This document shows, piece after piece, positions 21,212 through 31,309 of a DNA stretch of 64,000 nt. Position numbers and translations under genes: made by a program. Within the stretch, counting starts at the first letter, position 1. Each line of letters starts with the position of its first letter. The notes below the pieces were generated by a model that was not told the DNA's origin, ran no database searches, and saw nothing but the letters and a program-made list of their open reading frames with translations. Origin of the DNA: a virus (taxonomy: Duplodnaviria > Caudoviricetes); IMG/VR virus record IMGVR_UViG_2561511114_000002, positions 1 through 64,000 of that record; one strand, written 5' to 3'.

Positions 21212-21305
21212 GGAGGACCGCCATGACCCAGCCCACGCCATGCGACTGGTGCCGCAAACCCGGCGCCACACACACCGCCAAGGAGCAAGTGCGGGCGGTG
21301 ACCCG

Positions 21306-21623
21306 ATGACCGTCTACGTCGATGACTTCCGTCGCTCAGCCCGCGTCGGCCGAATCTCCGGACGCTGGTCCCACCTCACCGCCGACACCGTGCAGGAGCT
21401 ACACAAGTTCGCCGCCAAGCTCGGTCTGCACCGCGACTGGTTCCAAACCTGCAAGCAGAAGTGCGCCCCCGAGGGCAGGGCATGCCCCCACTGGCACTAC
21501 GACGTGGTTGACGTGAAGCGAGGCGAGGCCATCCGGTTGGGCGCGAAGGCCATCACGTGGCGGGAAATGGGCGCGCTCACATCGGCCCGCCGCCGGGCGA
21601 TGCAGGCAGGTGGGACTAAGTGA
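21306..21623 (+). CDS. DUF4031-like protein
   Basis: MTVYVDD, WSHLTAD..ELH.FA..LGL.R.WFQ, HYD. Confidence 0.85.
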   Translation: MTVYVDDFRRSARVGRISGRWSHLTADTVQELHKFAAKLGLHRDWFQTCKQKCAPEGRACPHWHYDVVDVKRGEAIRLGAKAITWREMGALTSARRRAMQAGGTK

Positions 21624-21910
21624 AGCCGCAGCGTGCACCCACCGGCTCCGACTACGTCCGCGCCGTCATCGACCAGCTCATCAAGCTCGACGTCCCCGTC
21701 GACGTCAACGCCCTGGACCTCGACGAAGAGCAGTGCAACATGCCGATCGCCAACATCGCCAACGTCGACGAGGTCGTGTGGCTGCGCTGGCTCGATGACC
21801 CCGAGCACGGCTGGCACTTCGACGACGAGCACGGCCGGCGCAGCGCCGCGATCTGCGCCCCGGACACGCCGCCGACTGAGGCCGCCCAGATTCTCGTCGC
21901 CTACATCTGA
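21620..21910 (+). CDS. Hypothetical phage protein
   Basis: Coupled start; plausible codon usage. Confidence 0.65.
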   Translation: MKPQRAPTGSDYVRAVIDQLIKLDVPVDVNALDLDEEQCNMPIANIANVDEVVWLRWLDDPEHGWHFDDEHGRRSAAICAPDTPPTEAAQILVAYI

Positions 21911-21922
21911 CAGGAGCCCACC

Positions 21923-22693
21923 ATGAGCACCCAGACGCACTGCACAGACACCACCCCCCACAATCCCCACCGCACCGACCACGGCGCATTCGGCGTACGC
22001 GACTGCCCAGGAGTCCCCACCCGTCTACCCATCCACGGCGAGTGCCGCCACGACCATCACGCCACCACCACCGCCCCCGACGACTGCCAGCAGGCACTCG
22101 ACACCCTCACCGACGTGTGGGCCGCCCTCAACCGCGCCGCCTGCCACGCCCCCCTCGCCACCCCCGCCGAGCTGATCGACGAGCTCGCCGCCGACCGGGA
22201 CCAGGCCCGCGCCAGCCTCGACGACGCCACCGAGCGGCTCGACCGGGCACGGTACGCCACCCGCACCGGTTCCCGGCCCGGCAGCGCGCAGGGTGCCCCA
22301 GCCGACATGCAGGCGTTCCTCGATTACTCCACGGCGGAGTGGCGGGCCGCCCGCACCGCCGACGAACGCGCCGAAGCCCTCCGTGACCTCCTGGAGGGCT
22401 GGTACGACCGCTGGGACGCCCACTACCCCGGGGCCATCACCGACGAGCACGACGGAATCGCCCGACACCTCGTCACCCTCATCACCGCCGCCGAAGCCCG
22501 CGCGTCGGAGGGCACCACGGGGACCCTGATCCGCCACTGCGTCTGGCCGGGATGCCCGCGCACCTACCGCGCCGATGTTGGCCCGCCGGATCGGGGCTGG
22601 ATGCGTCTGCGCGGCCTCACGGTGCTCTGCCCAGACCACAGTGGCTTTGTGGACCCTGAGACGGGACTACGGACGGGCGGCATCCATGTCTGA
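21923..22693 (+). CDS. Hypothetical phage protein
   Basis: AGGAG RBS; His/Cys motifs at both ends. Confidence 0.65.
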   Translation: MSTQTHCTDTTPHNPHRTDHGAFGVRDCPGVPTRLPIHGECRHDHHATTTAPDDCQQALDTLTDVWAALNRAACHAPLATPAELIDELAADRDQARASLDDATERLDRARYATRTGSRPGSAQGAPADMQAFLDYSTAEWRAARTADERAEALRDLLEGWYDRWDAHYPGAITDEHDGIARHLVTLITAAEARASEGTTGTLIRHCVWPGCPRTYRADVGPPDRGWMRLRGLTVLCPDHSGFVDPETGLRTGGIHV

Positions 22694-23645
22694 CCAACCG
22701 CTACCGAGCCTGTCTTGGAACGGCGCGCAAGACCCCGACCGCTGGGAACCCTCAATCCGGAACCGTCGCGACACGTACGGCTGTACCCACCCCGAAGCAG
22801 GCGACCTTGTGGCTTGGCGGTACGCCGCATGGACGGTGCACGAAAGCCGCCCACGCCGCGTCGCGCCCACCGACGAGCAGCTCCACATCGTGCTGCGCCA
22901 CCACAACGGGCCACTCATCATCAAGCCGGGAGAGGAGCGCCGCTTCGCACGACGCCACGACGGCACCCGCGAAGTCCGCTTCACCGCCCCGCCCGGCTAC
23001 CGGTGGAATCGGCTTCCCGACCCCTACCAGACGTGCTCCTGCCACGGGCACCCCTGGCCCTGCCAGGAACTCGACCGGGCGGTGCTTGCCCAGCACCAGC
23101 TGCGCAAGATGGACCGGCTGATGGCCACCGCCCAGCCGGGGGTGTGCGCCCACTGTCTGGAGCCGATCAGCACCCGACAAAAGACGGTAGCCTTCCCCGA
23201 AGAGTCACGATTTGTACCCGGCGCGCCGGGCCCCACCTTCCACGCTGGTCGGGCCGACTGCTGGCGGGGCGCGGAAAAGTACGAACGCGAAGGCCGACTG
23301 GTCGACAACCCTGACGTACCACGCCTCGCCTCATGCCCCGGAATCAGATTCATCCACGAGCAGCACGGCATGCCCACCGAGCAGCGCGTCGAATGCACCG
23401 CCGGTCCATTCTGCACCGGGCTACACGGTCCGGCCGGGCTGCGTCAGGACGCACCATGCTGGCATCGGGTGCAGTTGGCCGGTAATGAGGGCGCGTACGC
23501 CCGCCCAAGCGTTGATTGCGGATATCGGGGGCGCGGCCACGGCTGCCTGGGGGGTGACGTGTCCAACGGCGGCATGTCCCTGTCGCCGGTCGCCGCTGAC
23601 CTGCTGTGGCAGGCGCGTCATCGGCGAGGGGGTGGACTGCTGTGA
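22686..23645 (+). CDS. Cys-rich hypothetical phage protein
   Basis: CSCHGHPWPC, CAHCLEPI motifs. Confidence 0.7.
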   Translation: MSDQPLPSLSWNGAQDPDRWEPSIRNRRDTYGCTHPEAGDLVAWRYAAWTVHESRPRRVAPTDEQLHIVLRHHNGPLIIKPGEERRFARRHDGTREVRFTAPPGYRWNRLPDPYQTCSCHGHPWPCQELDRAVLAQHQLRKMDRLMATAQPGVCAHCLEPISTRQKTVAFPEESRFVPGAPGPTFHAGRADCWRGAEKYEREGRLVDNPDVPRLASCPGIRFIHEQHGMPTEQRVECTAGPFCTGLHGPAGLRQDAPCWHRVQLAGNEGAYARPSVDCGYRGRGHGCLGGDVSNGGMSLSPVAADLLWQARHRRGGGLL

Positions 23646-23719
23646 CCACCCGCCCCATGGACGTGCCCACCATCAACACGGTCGGCCTCGGCGCCGCCGA
23701 GCAGGCCCAGGGCTGACCG

Positions 23720-24097
23720 GTGATCATCCTCAACGTCATCTGCCGCGCCGCCGACCACGAGACCCCCGAGGCACGGGCAGCCGGCTGCGTCTGCCCGCAG
23801 GAGTGGGGCAAGCCGTACCGCCCCGCCCCGTCCAAGCCAACCAAGCAGCGCCGGCGCTACGTGCCGGGCCGCCAGCACAACAAACGCGGCCCCCGCACCA
23901 CCGTGACCGAACCGGACTGGGCTGCGGTTGAGCGCGCTCTCACCGGTGACCGGTCCATCGTGCTGGCCAAGGTCGAGCGCGACGAAGCGATCGACCGGGT
24001 CGACCGCAACGGCGCATCCGCCCGTCAGGTCGCGGTCCGGCTCGGACTGTCCGCCCGCACCGTGCAACGCCGCCGCGCCGACCGCACCCGGACCTGA
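23720..24097 (+). CDS. HTH DNA-binding protein
   Basis: GASARQVAVRLGLSARTVQR. Confidence 0.7.
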   Translation: MIILNVICRAADHETPEARAAGCVCPQEWGKPYRPAPSKPTKQRRRYVPGRQHNKRGPRTTVTEPDWAAVERALTGDRSIVLAKVERDEAIDRVDRNGASARQVAVRLGLSARTVQRRRADRTRT

Positions 24098-24106
24098 GGG
24101 AGCACC

Positions 24107-24262
24107 ATGCTGTCCCCGCACCACCTGCACGCCACCGCCGCCGCCTGGTCCATCCACACCGCCAGACAGCACCTAGCCCGCCTCGCCGCCATCGAGGCCC
24201 GGCAGCGAGGCGACACCCTCACCGCCGCCGCTGAAACTCGCGCGGCCGGCAGGAAGGGCTGA
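24107..24262 (+). CDS. Short hypothetical ORF, possibly a truncated gene
   Basis: GAGGGAG RBS; 51 aa. Confidence 0.45.
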   Translation: MLSPHHLHATAAAWSIHTARQHLARLAAIEARQRGDTLTAAAETRAAGRKG

Positions 24263-24269
24263 CCAGCCG

Positions 24270-25412
24270 ATGACCCCGCTCCGACTCGGCTCCCTGTGCA
24301 CCGGCTACGGCGGACTCGACCTCGCCGCCGACGCCGTACTCGGACCCCTCGACCACACCTGGCACGCCGAAAACGATCCCCACGCCTCCCGCGTCCTCGC
24401 CCACCACTGGCCCGATGTGCCCAACCTCGGGGACCTCACCACCGCCGACTGGACGCACGTCGAGCCCGTGGACGTGCTCACCGCCGGCTACCCCTGCCAG
24501 CCCCTGTCACTGGCCGGCCGCCGAGCCGGCACGACCGATGAACGGTGGATCTGGAATGACATCGCCCACGCCATTCGCGTACTACGACCCCGAATCGTGC
24601 TACTGGAAAACGTCGCAGGCCACCTTTCCCTGGGCTTCGGACGAGTACTCGGAGACCTGGCCACGCTCGGGTTCAATGCGCAATGGAGCTGCGTCCGCGC
24701 GTCCGAGGTCGGTGCCCCGCACCGCCGCGAACGCGTCTTCGTCGCCGCCTGGCCTGCCGACACCCCGCGCCCGCGACTGGAAGCGCGGCGGCAAGGACGG
24801 CCTGGAACAGGCACTGCTGCTGGAACAGGCGACCTAACAATGCGACCCACACCGGCCGCCCGCCACCGCATGAACCAGGGCAGACCCAACCTCGAGGACG
24901 CAGTCGCCCTCCTACCCACACCCCGGGCCGCCGCGACCCGCACCGGCAGGACAGCGATCCTGGCCTCATCGTCGTCCCCGTCAATCGATCAGGCCCTCGA
25001 ACTGGCCCGCGGCGAACTACCTCGCGAGCTGCGGTCGGTGTCCGAGGCACCCGCGTCATGGCGCCTCCTACCCACCCCGCGCGCCTCCGACGGCGAAAAG
25101 GGCGGCCCGAACCAGCGGGGCAGCTCCGGCGACCTGATGCTCCCCGCCGCCGTCCAACCCGAACGGTTCGGCGCGTACACGGCAGCCATACGCCGCTGGG
25201 AACACGTCCTCGGTCGGCCCGCACCCGCACCGACAGAGCCAGGCACCAACGGCAACCCCCGCCTCAACGCGGCAATCGTCGAGTGGCTGATGGGCCTACC
25301 CGCCGGATGGGTCACCAACCACCTACCCCGCAACCCCGCCCTGCGCTGCCTCGGAAACGGCGTCGTCCCGCAACAAGCCGCCCACGCCATCGCCGACCTA
25401 CTCACCACCTGA
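24270..25412 (+). CDS. DNA (cytosine-5) methyltransferase
   Basis: GSLCTGYGG (I), GYPCQ (IV), LENV (VI), HRRER (VIII), EWLMGLP (IX), LGNGV (X); LPTP repeats. Confidence 0.93.
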   Translation: MTPLRLGSLCTGYGGLDLAADAVLGPLDHTWHAENDPHASRVLAHHWPDVPNLGDLTTADWTHVEPVDVLTAGYPCQPLSLAGRRAGTTDERWIWNDIAHAIRVLRPRIVLLENVAGHLSLGFGRVLGDLATLGFNAQWSCVRASEVGAPHRRERVFVAAWPADTPRPRLEARRQGRPGTGTAAGTGDLTMRPTPAARHRMNQGRPNLEDAVALLPTPRAAATRTGRTAILASSSSPSIDQALELARGELPRELRSVSEAPASWRLLPTPRASDGEKGGPNQRGSSGDLMLPAAVQPERFGAYTAAIRRWEHVLGRPAPAPTEPGTNGNPRLNAAIVEWLMGLPAGWVTNHLPRNPALRCLGNGVVPQQAAHAIADLLTT

Positions 25413-25421
25413 GGAGCGCCC

Positions 25422-25601
25422 ATGAGCAGCACCTGGCGCGGCGGCAGCACCAGCGCCTGGCGATGGATACGCGCCGATTGCTCGGTCCGGACCCCACCAA
25501 CGAAACCGCGCCACACGCGCGGCACCGAACACGTCCAGCGCTGCCTGTGGGATGCCTCCACCTGGTCCCTCAGCGCCCCACAACGACAGGCCACCCCATG
25601 A
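25422..25601 (+). pseudogene. Possible remnant of an HNH endonuclease gene
   Basis: AGGAG RBS; begins WRGGSTSAWRWIRA like phage packaging HNH N-termini, but there is no CxxC/HNH core. Confidence 0.4.
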
Positions 25602-26416
25602 GCAACCCCATGCGCGAACAGCAGCCCACGCCCGACGACCCAGCCAAGGACCCCAGCAAGCACGCCTACTACGGCGGTCGCCGCAAGGACGGTTCCCCCT
25701 GCGGCGGCCGGGTTGTGGAGGGCACCAAAACCTGCCGGATGCACGCCGGCAAGCCACTGGCGCAGGTGAAGGCCGAGGGTCAGATCCGGGTGGAGGTGCG
25801 GCGGTGGATGCTCGACGACCACGATGGCACCAGCGTAGATCCCCGAGCAATGTTGCTGAATCTGATCGCGTTTTGGCGGTGGAAAACGAACCACTACGGC
25901 CGGCTGATCGGGGAGGCGTACGAGGCGGCAGAGCGGCTGCGGAAGGCGCACGCCGCCAGCACCCTGATCGTCACCCCGGACCCCGGGGAGGGTGACGACG
26001 GCGAGCATCCCGCTGTGCAGTCGGCTCGCGCCGACCTAGAGCGGATCTTCACCACCGGTGGGGTCGCGGCGCTGGTCGGCAACCGGTACGACGCGGACCG
26101 CACCGGCCGGGTGTACGCAGTCGACGAGGGTGTGCGGGCGCTCGTGAGCCTGGAGGGCGAGGCGTCGGATCGGGTGGCGCGGTACTGCGCGCTGGCGATC
26201 CAGGCCCGCGTCGCCGAGGCCCGCATCGAACTGGCGCAGCAGGTCGGGGCGATGATCGCGACGGTGATTGTGGGCGTGCTCGGGGACCTGGGTGTGCCGG
26301 CCGACGAGCGGGTCATGGGTCTGGTGTCTCAGCACATGGACCTGGTGGCGGGAGGTTCCCCACCCGCGGTCGAGGGCCGTACCGGGCAGCTGACGCCGAA
26401 ACCGGCCCCGGGATAG
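25598..26416 (+). CDS. Putative terminase small subunit (HGGxSTG-like N-terminus)
   Basis: GGRRKDGSPC...GTKTCRMHAG; helical C-terminus; ATGA-coupled start. Confidence 0.6.
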   Translation: MSNPMREQQPTPDDPAKDPSKHAYYGGRRKDGSPCGGRVVEGTKTCRMHAGKPLAQVKAEGQIRVEVRRWMLDDHDGTSVDPRAMLLNLIAFWRWKTNHYGRLIGEAYEAAERLRKAHAASTLIVTPDPGEGDDGEHPAVQSARADLERIFTTGGVAALVGNRYDADRTGRVYAVDEGVRALVSLEGEASDRVARYCALAIQARVAEARIELAQQVGAMIATVIVGVLGDLGVPADERVMGLVSQHMDLVAGGSPPAVEGRTGQLTPKPAPG

Positions 26417-26535
26417 CGAAAGCGGCCCGGCGCCCCTCCCCAGGCACCGGACCGCCAACACCGCACCGCCGCCTCACCAAGCACCGGGCGACTACCACAA
26501 GCGTACCGTCACCAGCGCGAACGGAGATTACCGAC

Positions 26536-27654
26536 ATGGCCATCTGCCCCGTCGACTGCACCTGCCACAGCTCCCCGTACGCGCCCTGCAGCGCCCCCGG
26601 GGGCTGCGGCTCGGCCGGCTGCACGCTCGCCGGCTGCGCTGTCTGCCGGAGGCGGCCCCGCGACATCGGCCAGGTGTGCGAGCCGTGCCGCCGCTGGCTG
26701 CCCAACGCCCTGCGTGTCGTTCCGGAGCTTGCCAGCCGCGCCCGCGACGAGCTGGTCCCCGCTGACGACAGCACCAGCCACGCGGTGCTGGTGTGCCGCA
26801 CCTGCGGCCTTACCGCCCCGGCCGGCGCCGTCCCCCACCATCCCGGCCGACCCGAGTACGACCGTTCACCCACACGTCACGCCGGCTGGGTGCCCCGCCG
26901 TGTCATCGGCCACGCCGGCGGCCCCGTGCGCTCCGTGGCCTCCGACACCATCGTCACCGGCGGCGACGGTGAGGCGTCCGCCCCCATCGACCTGCACCTG
27001 CACGACCTACTCGCCCCAGTGGTCCGCGACGGCGGCCGGCCCATCGACACCACCGGCGACAACTGGGTGCAGGCCCTAGACACCCAGCCCCGCACCGTGT
27101 GGGTCGACAACGGCCACAAGGGCAAGCGCAGGACCACCGTGCTCGACCGGCGACCACGGCGTGACACCGCCGGCCACAGGGTGATGGTGCCTGCCGGCGA
27201 CCAGATCGGTGACGTGCCCATCGCCCAGATCCTCGACCAGGAGGTACGCGCGTGGATTGACGCCGGCGCTCCCGGCGGCCCGGTCCGGCCGACGCCGAGT
27301 ATCGACGGCCTCGTCGACTGGCTGATCACACGCCTCGACTGGGCCTGCGACTGGTACGCGGGGATCGACGTTTTCGCCGATGCCGTGCGGCAGATCCGCG
27401 GGCGGATGATGGCCGCGCTCGGAGACCTCGACCCGGAGCCGGAACGCTGCGAGGGTGTCGCATGTAGCCGGTGTGACCTGCGGATGTTGTTTCGCCGGCA
27501 GGATGGTTCGGGGGATGTGGAGTGCCAGAATCCGGACTGCCTGAGGGTGTTCACCGCCGTCGAGTATCGGGACCTGGTGGCGGCTCGGGCCGCCGACGAA
27601 CGGGGCCGGCGGGATCCACAGGAGGTGGCGGCGTTGATGCGGCGGCCACGCTGA
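26536..27654 (+). CDS. Zinc-ribbon protein, putative late-gene regulator
   Basis: Multiple CxxC motifs; C-terminal CSRC...VECQNPDC; last gene before the late region. Confidence 0.6.
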   Translation: MAICPVDCTCHSSPYAPCSAPGGCGSAGCTLAGCAVCRRRPRDIGQVCEPCRRWLPNALRVVPELASRARDELVPADDSTSHAVLVCRTCGLTAPAGAVPHHPGRPEYDRSPTRHAGWVPRRVIGHAGGPVRSVASDTIVTGGDGEASAPIDLHLHDLLAPVVRDGGRPIDTTGDNWVQALDTQPRTVWVDNGHKGKRRTTVLDRRPRRDTAGHRVMVPAGDQIGDVPIAQILDQEVRAWIDAGAPGGPVRPTPSIDGLVDWLITRLDWACDWYAGIDVFADAVRQIRGRMMAALGDLDPEPERCEGVACSRCDLRMLFRRQDGSGDVECQNPDCLRVFTAVEYRDLVAARAADERGRRDPQEVAALMRRPR

Positions 27655-27748
27655 GCGGCTGCCAGCAGCAGGGGTGACCCCGCAAACTGGCGGAATCGTT
27701 GATCAGCATTTACGGTGGGTGTTGGCAGACTCTGCCCACTGAACGTTA

Positions 27749-27782
27749 CGAAGCCCCGCACCGAATTGGCTGCGGGGCTTCG
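27749..27782 (+). terminator. Stem-loop ahead of the late operon
   Basis: CGAAGCCCCGCA / TGCGGGGCTTCG, 12-bp perfect stem. Confidence 0.7.
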
Positions 27783-27810
27783 ACGTACCCGCGGCCGGGG
27801 GTGAACTACC

Positions 27811-28101
27811 GTGTGGCCCTCAGTCGATCCGGACACACGCTTGACCGCGAAGGAACTCGCACTCGCACTGGGAGTGTCTCCACAGTTGGTGAACCGGTGG
27901 CACACCGACGGCTACCTGAACCGCGACGGCGAGCACGTGTACTTGCCGATGGCGGATCGCAACCGGCGGGGACACCGACGCTTCCGCTACCTGGACGGGG
28001 CGAGAGCCGAGGCGGCGACACGGCGGTCACCGAAGTCGTTCCGCAAACCCAACGGCTGGGCGGAAGTCAACCGGAAGCCGCCCGGCGTCCCGGTGGGGTG
28101 A
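27811..28101 (+). CDS. MerR/Xis-like HTH protein
   Basis: LTAKELALALGVSPQLVNRWHTDGYL...RGHRRFRY. Confidence 0.75.
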   Translation: MWPSVDPDTRLTAKELALALGVSPQLVNRWHTDGYLNRDGEHVYLPMADRNRRGHRRFRYLDGARAEAATRRSPKSFRKPNGWAEVNRKPPGVPVG

Positions 28102-28121
28102 CGGGAGGCCGGTAAGCGGGG

Positions 28122-29615
28122 GTGGCCGTGACGCTCCTCGACATCGGACTCGCCTGGCAGGACGCAACCGAGCGGTTCAAACCCAAGCCCGCGCGCTGGG
28201 CAACGCCCGGCGCGCTCGCCCAGGACCTCGACCCGAAGACCGTGCAGACCCCGGCTCTCGACCTCATCGACGCCGCGCTGGTCGACGTCGCCGAGGGCCG
28301 CTGCAACCGGCTGATGATCAGCCTCGCGCCGCAGGAAGGCAAGAGCCAGCGCACTTCCCGCCGCTTCCCGACGTGGATGCTCACCCGAAACCAGGACCTG
28401 CGCGTCGCGATCGTCTCGTACGCCCACGGTGTCGCACGACGGTGGGGCCGCGCCATCCGCGACGACATCGGCATGCATGGCGACAGGCTCGGCCTGACCG
28501 TCAACCCTTCGTCCGCTGCCGCCCACGAGTGGGAGCTGCTCGGCCACCAAGGCGGCGTCTACTGCGTCGGCATCACCGGCTCGCTCACCTCCCGGCCCGT
28601 CGATCTGCTGATCATCGACGACCCGTACAAAGACGGTAAGCAAGCCGACTCGGAAGCGTGGCAGGAGACGGTCCGCGAATGGTGGACCGAAGTCGCGATC
28701 CCCCGGCTCGGCCCGAACGTCGCCGTCGTGATCATTCAAACCCGGTGGCGCCACGATGACCTGACCGGCTGGTTACAGGAGCGCGACGACGGCATCGACT
28801 GGCGGGTCATCAACATCCCCGCCCAGGCAGACCACGATCCCGACAACGGCGAAAGTGATCCGCTCGGCCGTCAACCCGGCGAGTTCATGGAGTCCGCCCG
28901 GGGCCGCACCCGCGGGCAGTGGGAGCAGCGCAAGCGGGAGATGGGCACCCGCGCCTGGAACGCTCTCTGCCAGGGCAGGCCGGCTCCGGCGCAGGGCAAC
29001 ATTTTCCAGCGCGACTGGTGGGAGTTCTACGGCCAGGCACAGTGGATCGACAAGCCAGACGGTACCCGCTGGGCGGTCGGCTTCGATGAGGTCATCGCCT
29101 CGTGGGACATGACGTTCAAGAACACCGACGGCACCGACTACGTGTGCGGGCAGGTGTGGGGGCGGCGTGGCGCCGAGGCGTACCTGCTGGACCAGGTCCA
29201 CGACCGGCTGTCGTTCGTTGAGACCGCCGTCAAGGTGCGTATGTTGTCGGCGCGCTGGCCGCAGGCGGCGCTGAAGCTGGTCGAGGACAAGGCCAACGGG
29301 CCGGCGGTGATCAACGCGCTGTCGCGGAAGCTGCCGGGTCTGGTCGCCGTCGAACCGGACGGATCGAAGACGGCGCGGGCCGCGGCGGTGTCGCCGTTCG
29401 TCGAGGCCGGCAATGTGAAACTGCCGGCGCCGGAGCTGGCGCCGTGGGTGGACGACCTGATCGAAGAGGCGCAGAGCTTCCCCCGGGCGGCGAACGACGA
29501 CCGGGTTGACGCGATGTCGCAGGCGCTGAACCGGCTGCTGCTCAACCCGCTGCTTGTCGACGACGTCGTGGTGGTGGATGACGAATACGACGACTTCGGT
29601 ATCTCACCGGTATAG
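28122..29615 (+). CDS. Terminase large subunit
   Basis: APQEGKS Walker A, LLIIDDP, IQTRW, SWD, VEDKANG, DDRVDA. Confidence 0.95.
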   Translation: MAVTLLDIGLAWQDATERFKPKPARWATPGALAQDLDPKTVQTPALDLIDAALVDVAEGRCNRLMISLAPQEGKSQRTSRRFPTWMLTRNQDLRVAIVSYAHGVARRWGRAIRDDIGMHGDRLGLTVNPSSAAAHEWELLGHQGGVYCVGITGSLTSRPVDLLIIDDPYKDGKQADSEAWQETVREWWTEVAIPRLGPNVAVVIIQTRWRHDDLTGWLQERDDGIDWRVINIPAQADHDPDNGESDPLGRQPGEFMESARGRTRGQWEQRKREMGTRAWNALCQGRPAPAQGNIFQRDWWEFYGQAQWIDKPDGTRWAVGFDEVIASWDMTFKNTDGTDYVCGQVWGRRGAEAYLLDQVHDRLSFVETAVKVRMLSARWPQAALKLVEDKANGPAVINALSRKLPGLVAVEPDGSKTARAAAVSPFVEAGNVKLPAPELAPWVDDLIEEAQSFPRAANDDRVDAMSQALNRLLLNPLLVDDVVVVDDEYDDFGISPV

Positions 29616-29626
29616 GGGGTCGTTGT

Positions 29627-31255
29627 ATGCGGATCCCGTTCACCGAAACGCGGCAGCTGCGCGCCGAGGTGCAGGAGCTTTCCACCGAACTCGCCCAGCA
29701 GGCCAACAGCAACCAGTTGCTCGCCGAGTCGGTCGCCGACCTTGAGCGGGCACTGAACGAGCCCGGATGGAGTCAGGCCCTCGCAACCGCCGACCGGGAG
29801 TTCACCGCCGAGGGTCTCGTGCGGCTGCGGGCGATCTGCCGCCTGTACGCCATCAAGTCGCCGCTGATCCGCCGCGGCCTGAACCTGCGGTCGGCGTATG
29901 TGTGGGGCCAGGGCGTGGAGATCACCGCGCGGGCCAACGGCCACCGCCACCCCGGCGAGCAGGACGTGCAGAAGGTCGTTACCAGCTTCCTCGACGACCC
30001 CGCCAATGTGCGGGCGGTTACCGGTGCTGAGGCCCGAGACCAGCTGGATCATGCCCTCGGCACCGACGGCGAGCTGTTTTTCGCCCTGTTCACCCGCCCT
30101 CTCGACGGCCGGGTGCAGGTACGCACCATCGCCGCGGACGAGGTCGTGCGTGTGGTCTGTAACCCGGAGGATCGCTCCGAACCGTGGTACTACCAGCGGC
30201 GCTGGATCCGCGAGGTACTCGACCCGGCGACCGGGCATTACACCAGCACCACCGTCGAGGGCTACTACCCGGCGATCGACTACCGGCCAGCCACCCGCCC
30301 TCGCCGTATCGGCTCCCACCCGGTGCACTGGGACTCGCCGGTGCTGCACGTGACAGTGAACCGGCCGCACGGCTGGCAGCGGGGCATCCCCGACGCGTAC
30401 GCGGCGATCGACTGGGCGCGGGCGTACAAAGAGTTTTTGGAGGACTGGGCGCGGCTGATGCGATCCCTGTCCCGCTACGCGTGGAAGACCACCACCCCCG
30501 GCCGGAAGTCAGCCGCGGTCAAAGCGCGCGTGGCGCAGGCACCCAGCCGGGATCCATCAACCGGGGAACCGCAGCACGCCGGCGCCACGGTCATGCTGTC
30601 ACCAGACCAGGGGCTGGAGGCGGTCTCGAAATCTGGCGCGACGATCGACGCCGACTCGGGCCGGCCACTGGCCACGATGGTCGCCTCAGCGCTGGACGTG
30701 CCCGTGACGATGCTGCTCGCCGACCCCGGGCAGACCGGCGCCCGCGCCACAGCCGAAACGCTCGACCAGCCAACCGAACTGGCGATGGGACAGCGCCGTG
30801 ACATGTGGGCATCCTGGTACCAGCGGATCCTGCGCTACGTCATCACCGAGGCGGTGCGGGCGGTCAACGGGCCGCTACGCGGGACCATCCGCCGGGACGC
30901 GTGGACGGGCAACGAGCAGGTGGCGTTAGCCGCCGACACGGACCTGACGGTCGACATCGTGTGGCGGGACCTCGACGACACGGACATCGCCACGACCGTG
31001 CACGCGATCAAGACCGCGTCGGATACAGGCACTGTGCCGCCCGAGGTGGTGCTGCGGCTGCTGCTGACCGCGCTCGGTGTGCGGCAGGTCGACGACATCG
31101 TGGGGCAGTTGCTCGACGACGATGGCGGGTTCATGTGGCCAAACGGCCCGCCGCTGGGCGGCGGGCCGTCAGCGGCGGACCGGCAACGCGCCGGCCAGGA
31201 CCCGGCCGACACCGGGACGGGACGCATGACCCCCGACGGTGACGCCGACCGGTGA
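29627..31255 (+). CDS. Portal protein
   Basis: 542 aa directly after TerL; DGELF and RGIPD motifs. Confidence 0.85.
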   Translation: MRIPFTETRQLRAEVQELSTELAQQANSNQLLAESVADLERALNEPGWSQALATADREFTAEGLVRLRAICRLYAIKSPLIRRGLNLRSAYVWGQGVEITARANGHRHPGEQDVQKVVTSFLDDPANVRAVTGAEARDQLDHALGTDGELFFALFTRPLDGRVQVRTIAADEVVRVVCNPEDRSEPWYYQRRWIREVLDPATGHYTSTTVEGYYPAIDYRPATRPRRIGSHPVHWDSPVLHVTVNRPHGWQRGIPDAYAAIDWARAYKEFLEDWARLMRSLSRYAWKTTTPGRKSAAVKARVAQAPSRDPSTGEPQHAGATVMLSPDQGLEAVSKSGATIDADSGRPLATMVASALDVPVTMLLADPGQTGARATAETLDQPTELAMGQRRDMWASWYQRILRYVITEAVRAVNGPLRGTIRRDAWTGNEQVALAADTDLTVDIVWRDLDDTDIATTVHAIKTASDTGTVPPEVVLRLLLTALGVRQVDDIVGQLLDDDGGFMWPNGPPLGGGPSAADRQRAGQDPADTGTGRMTPDGDADR

Positions 31256-31309
31256 CCCTCGACGGCGTGGAACACCAACGGCCGCACGTGGCGTCGAGGG
31301 GCGGGGGTT

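Noticed and set aside
20384-25412. Methylases as a restriction-modification system
   Set aside because: No cognate endonuclease is adjacent; orphan methylases are common in actinophages.
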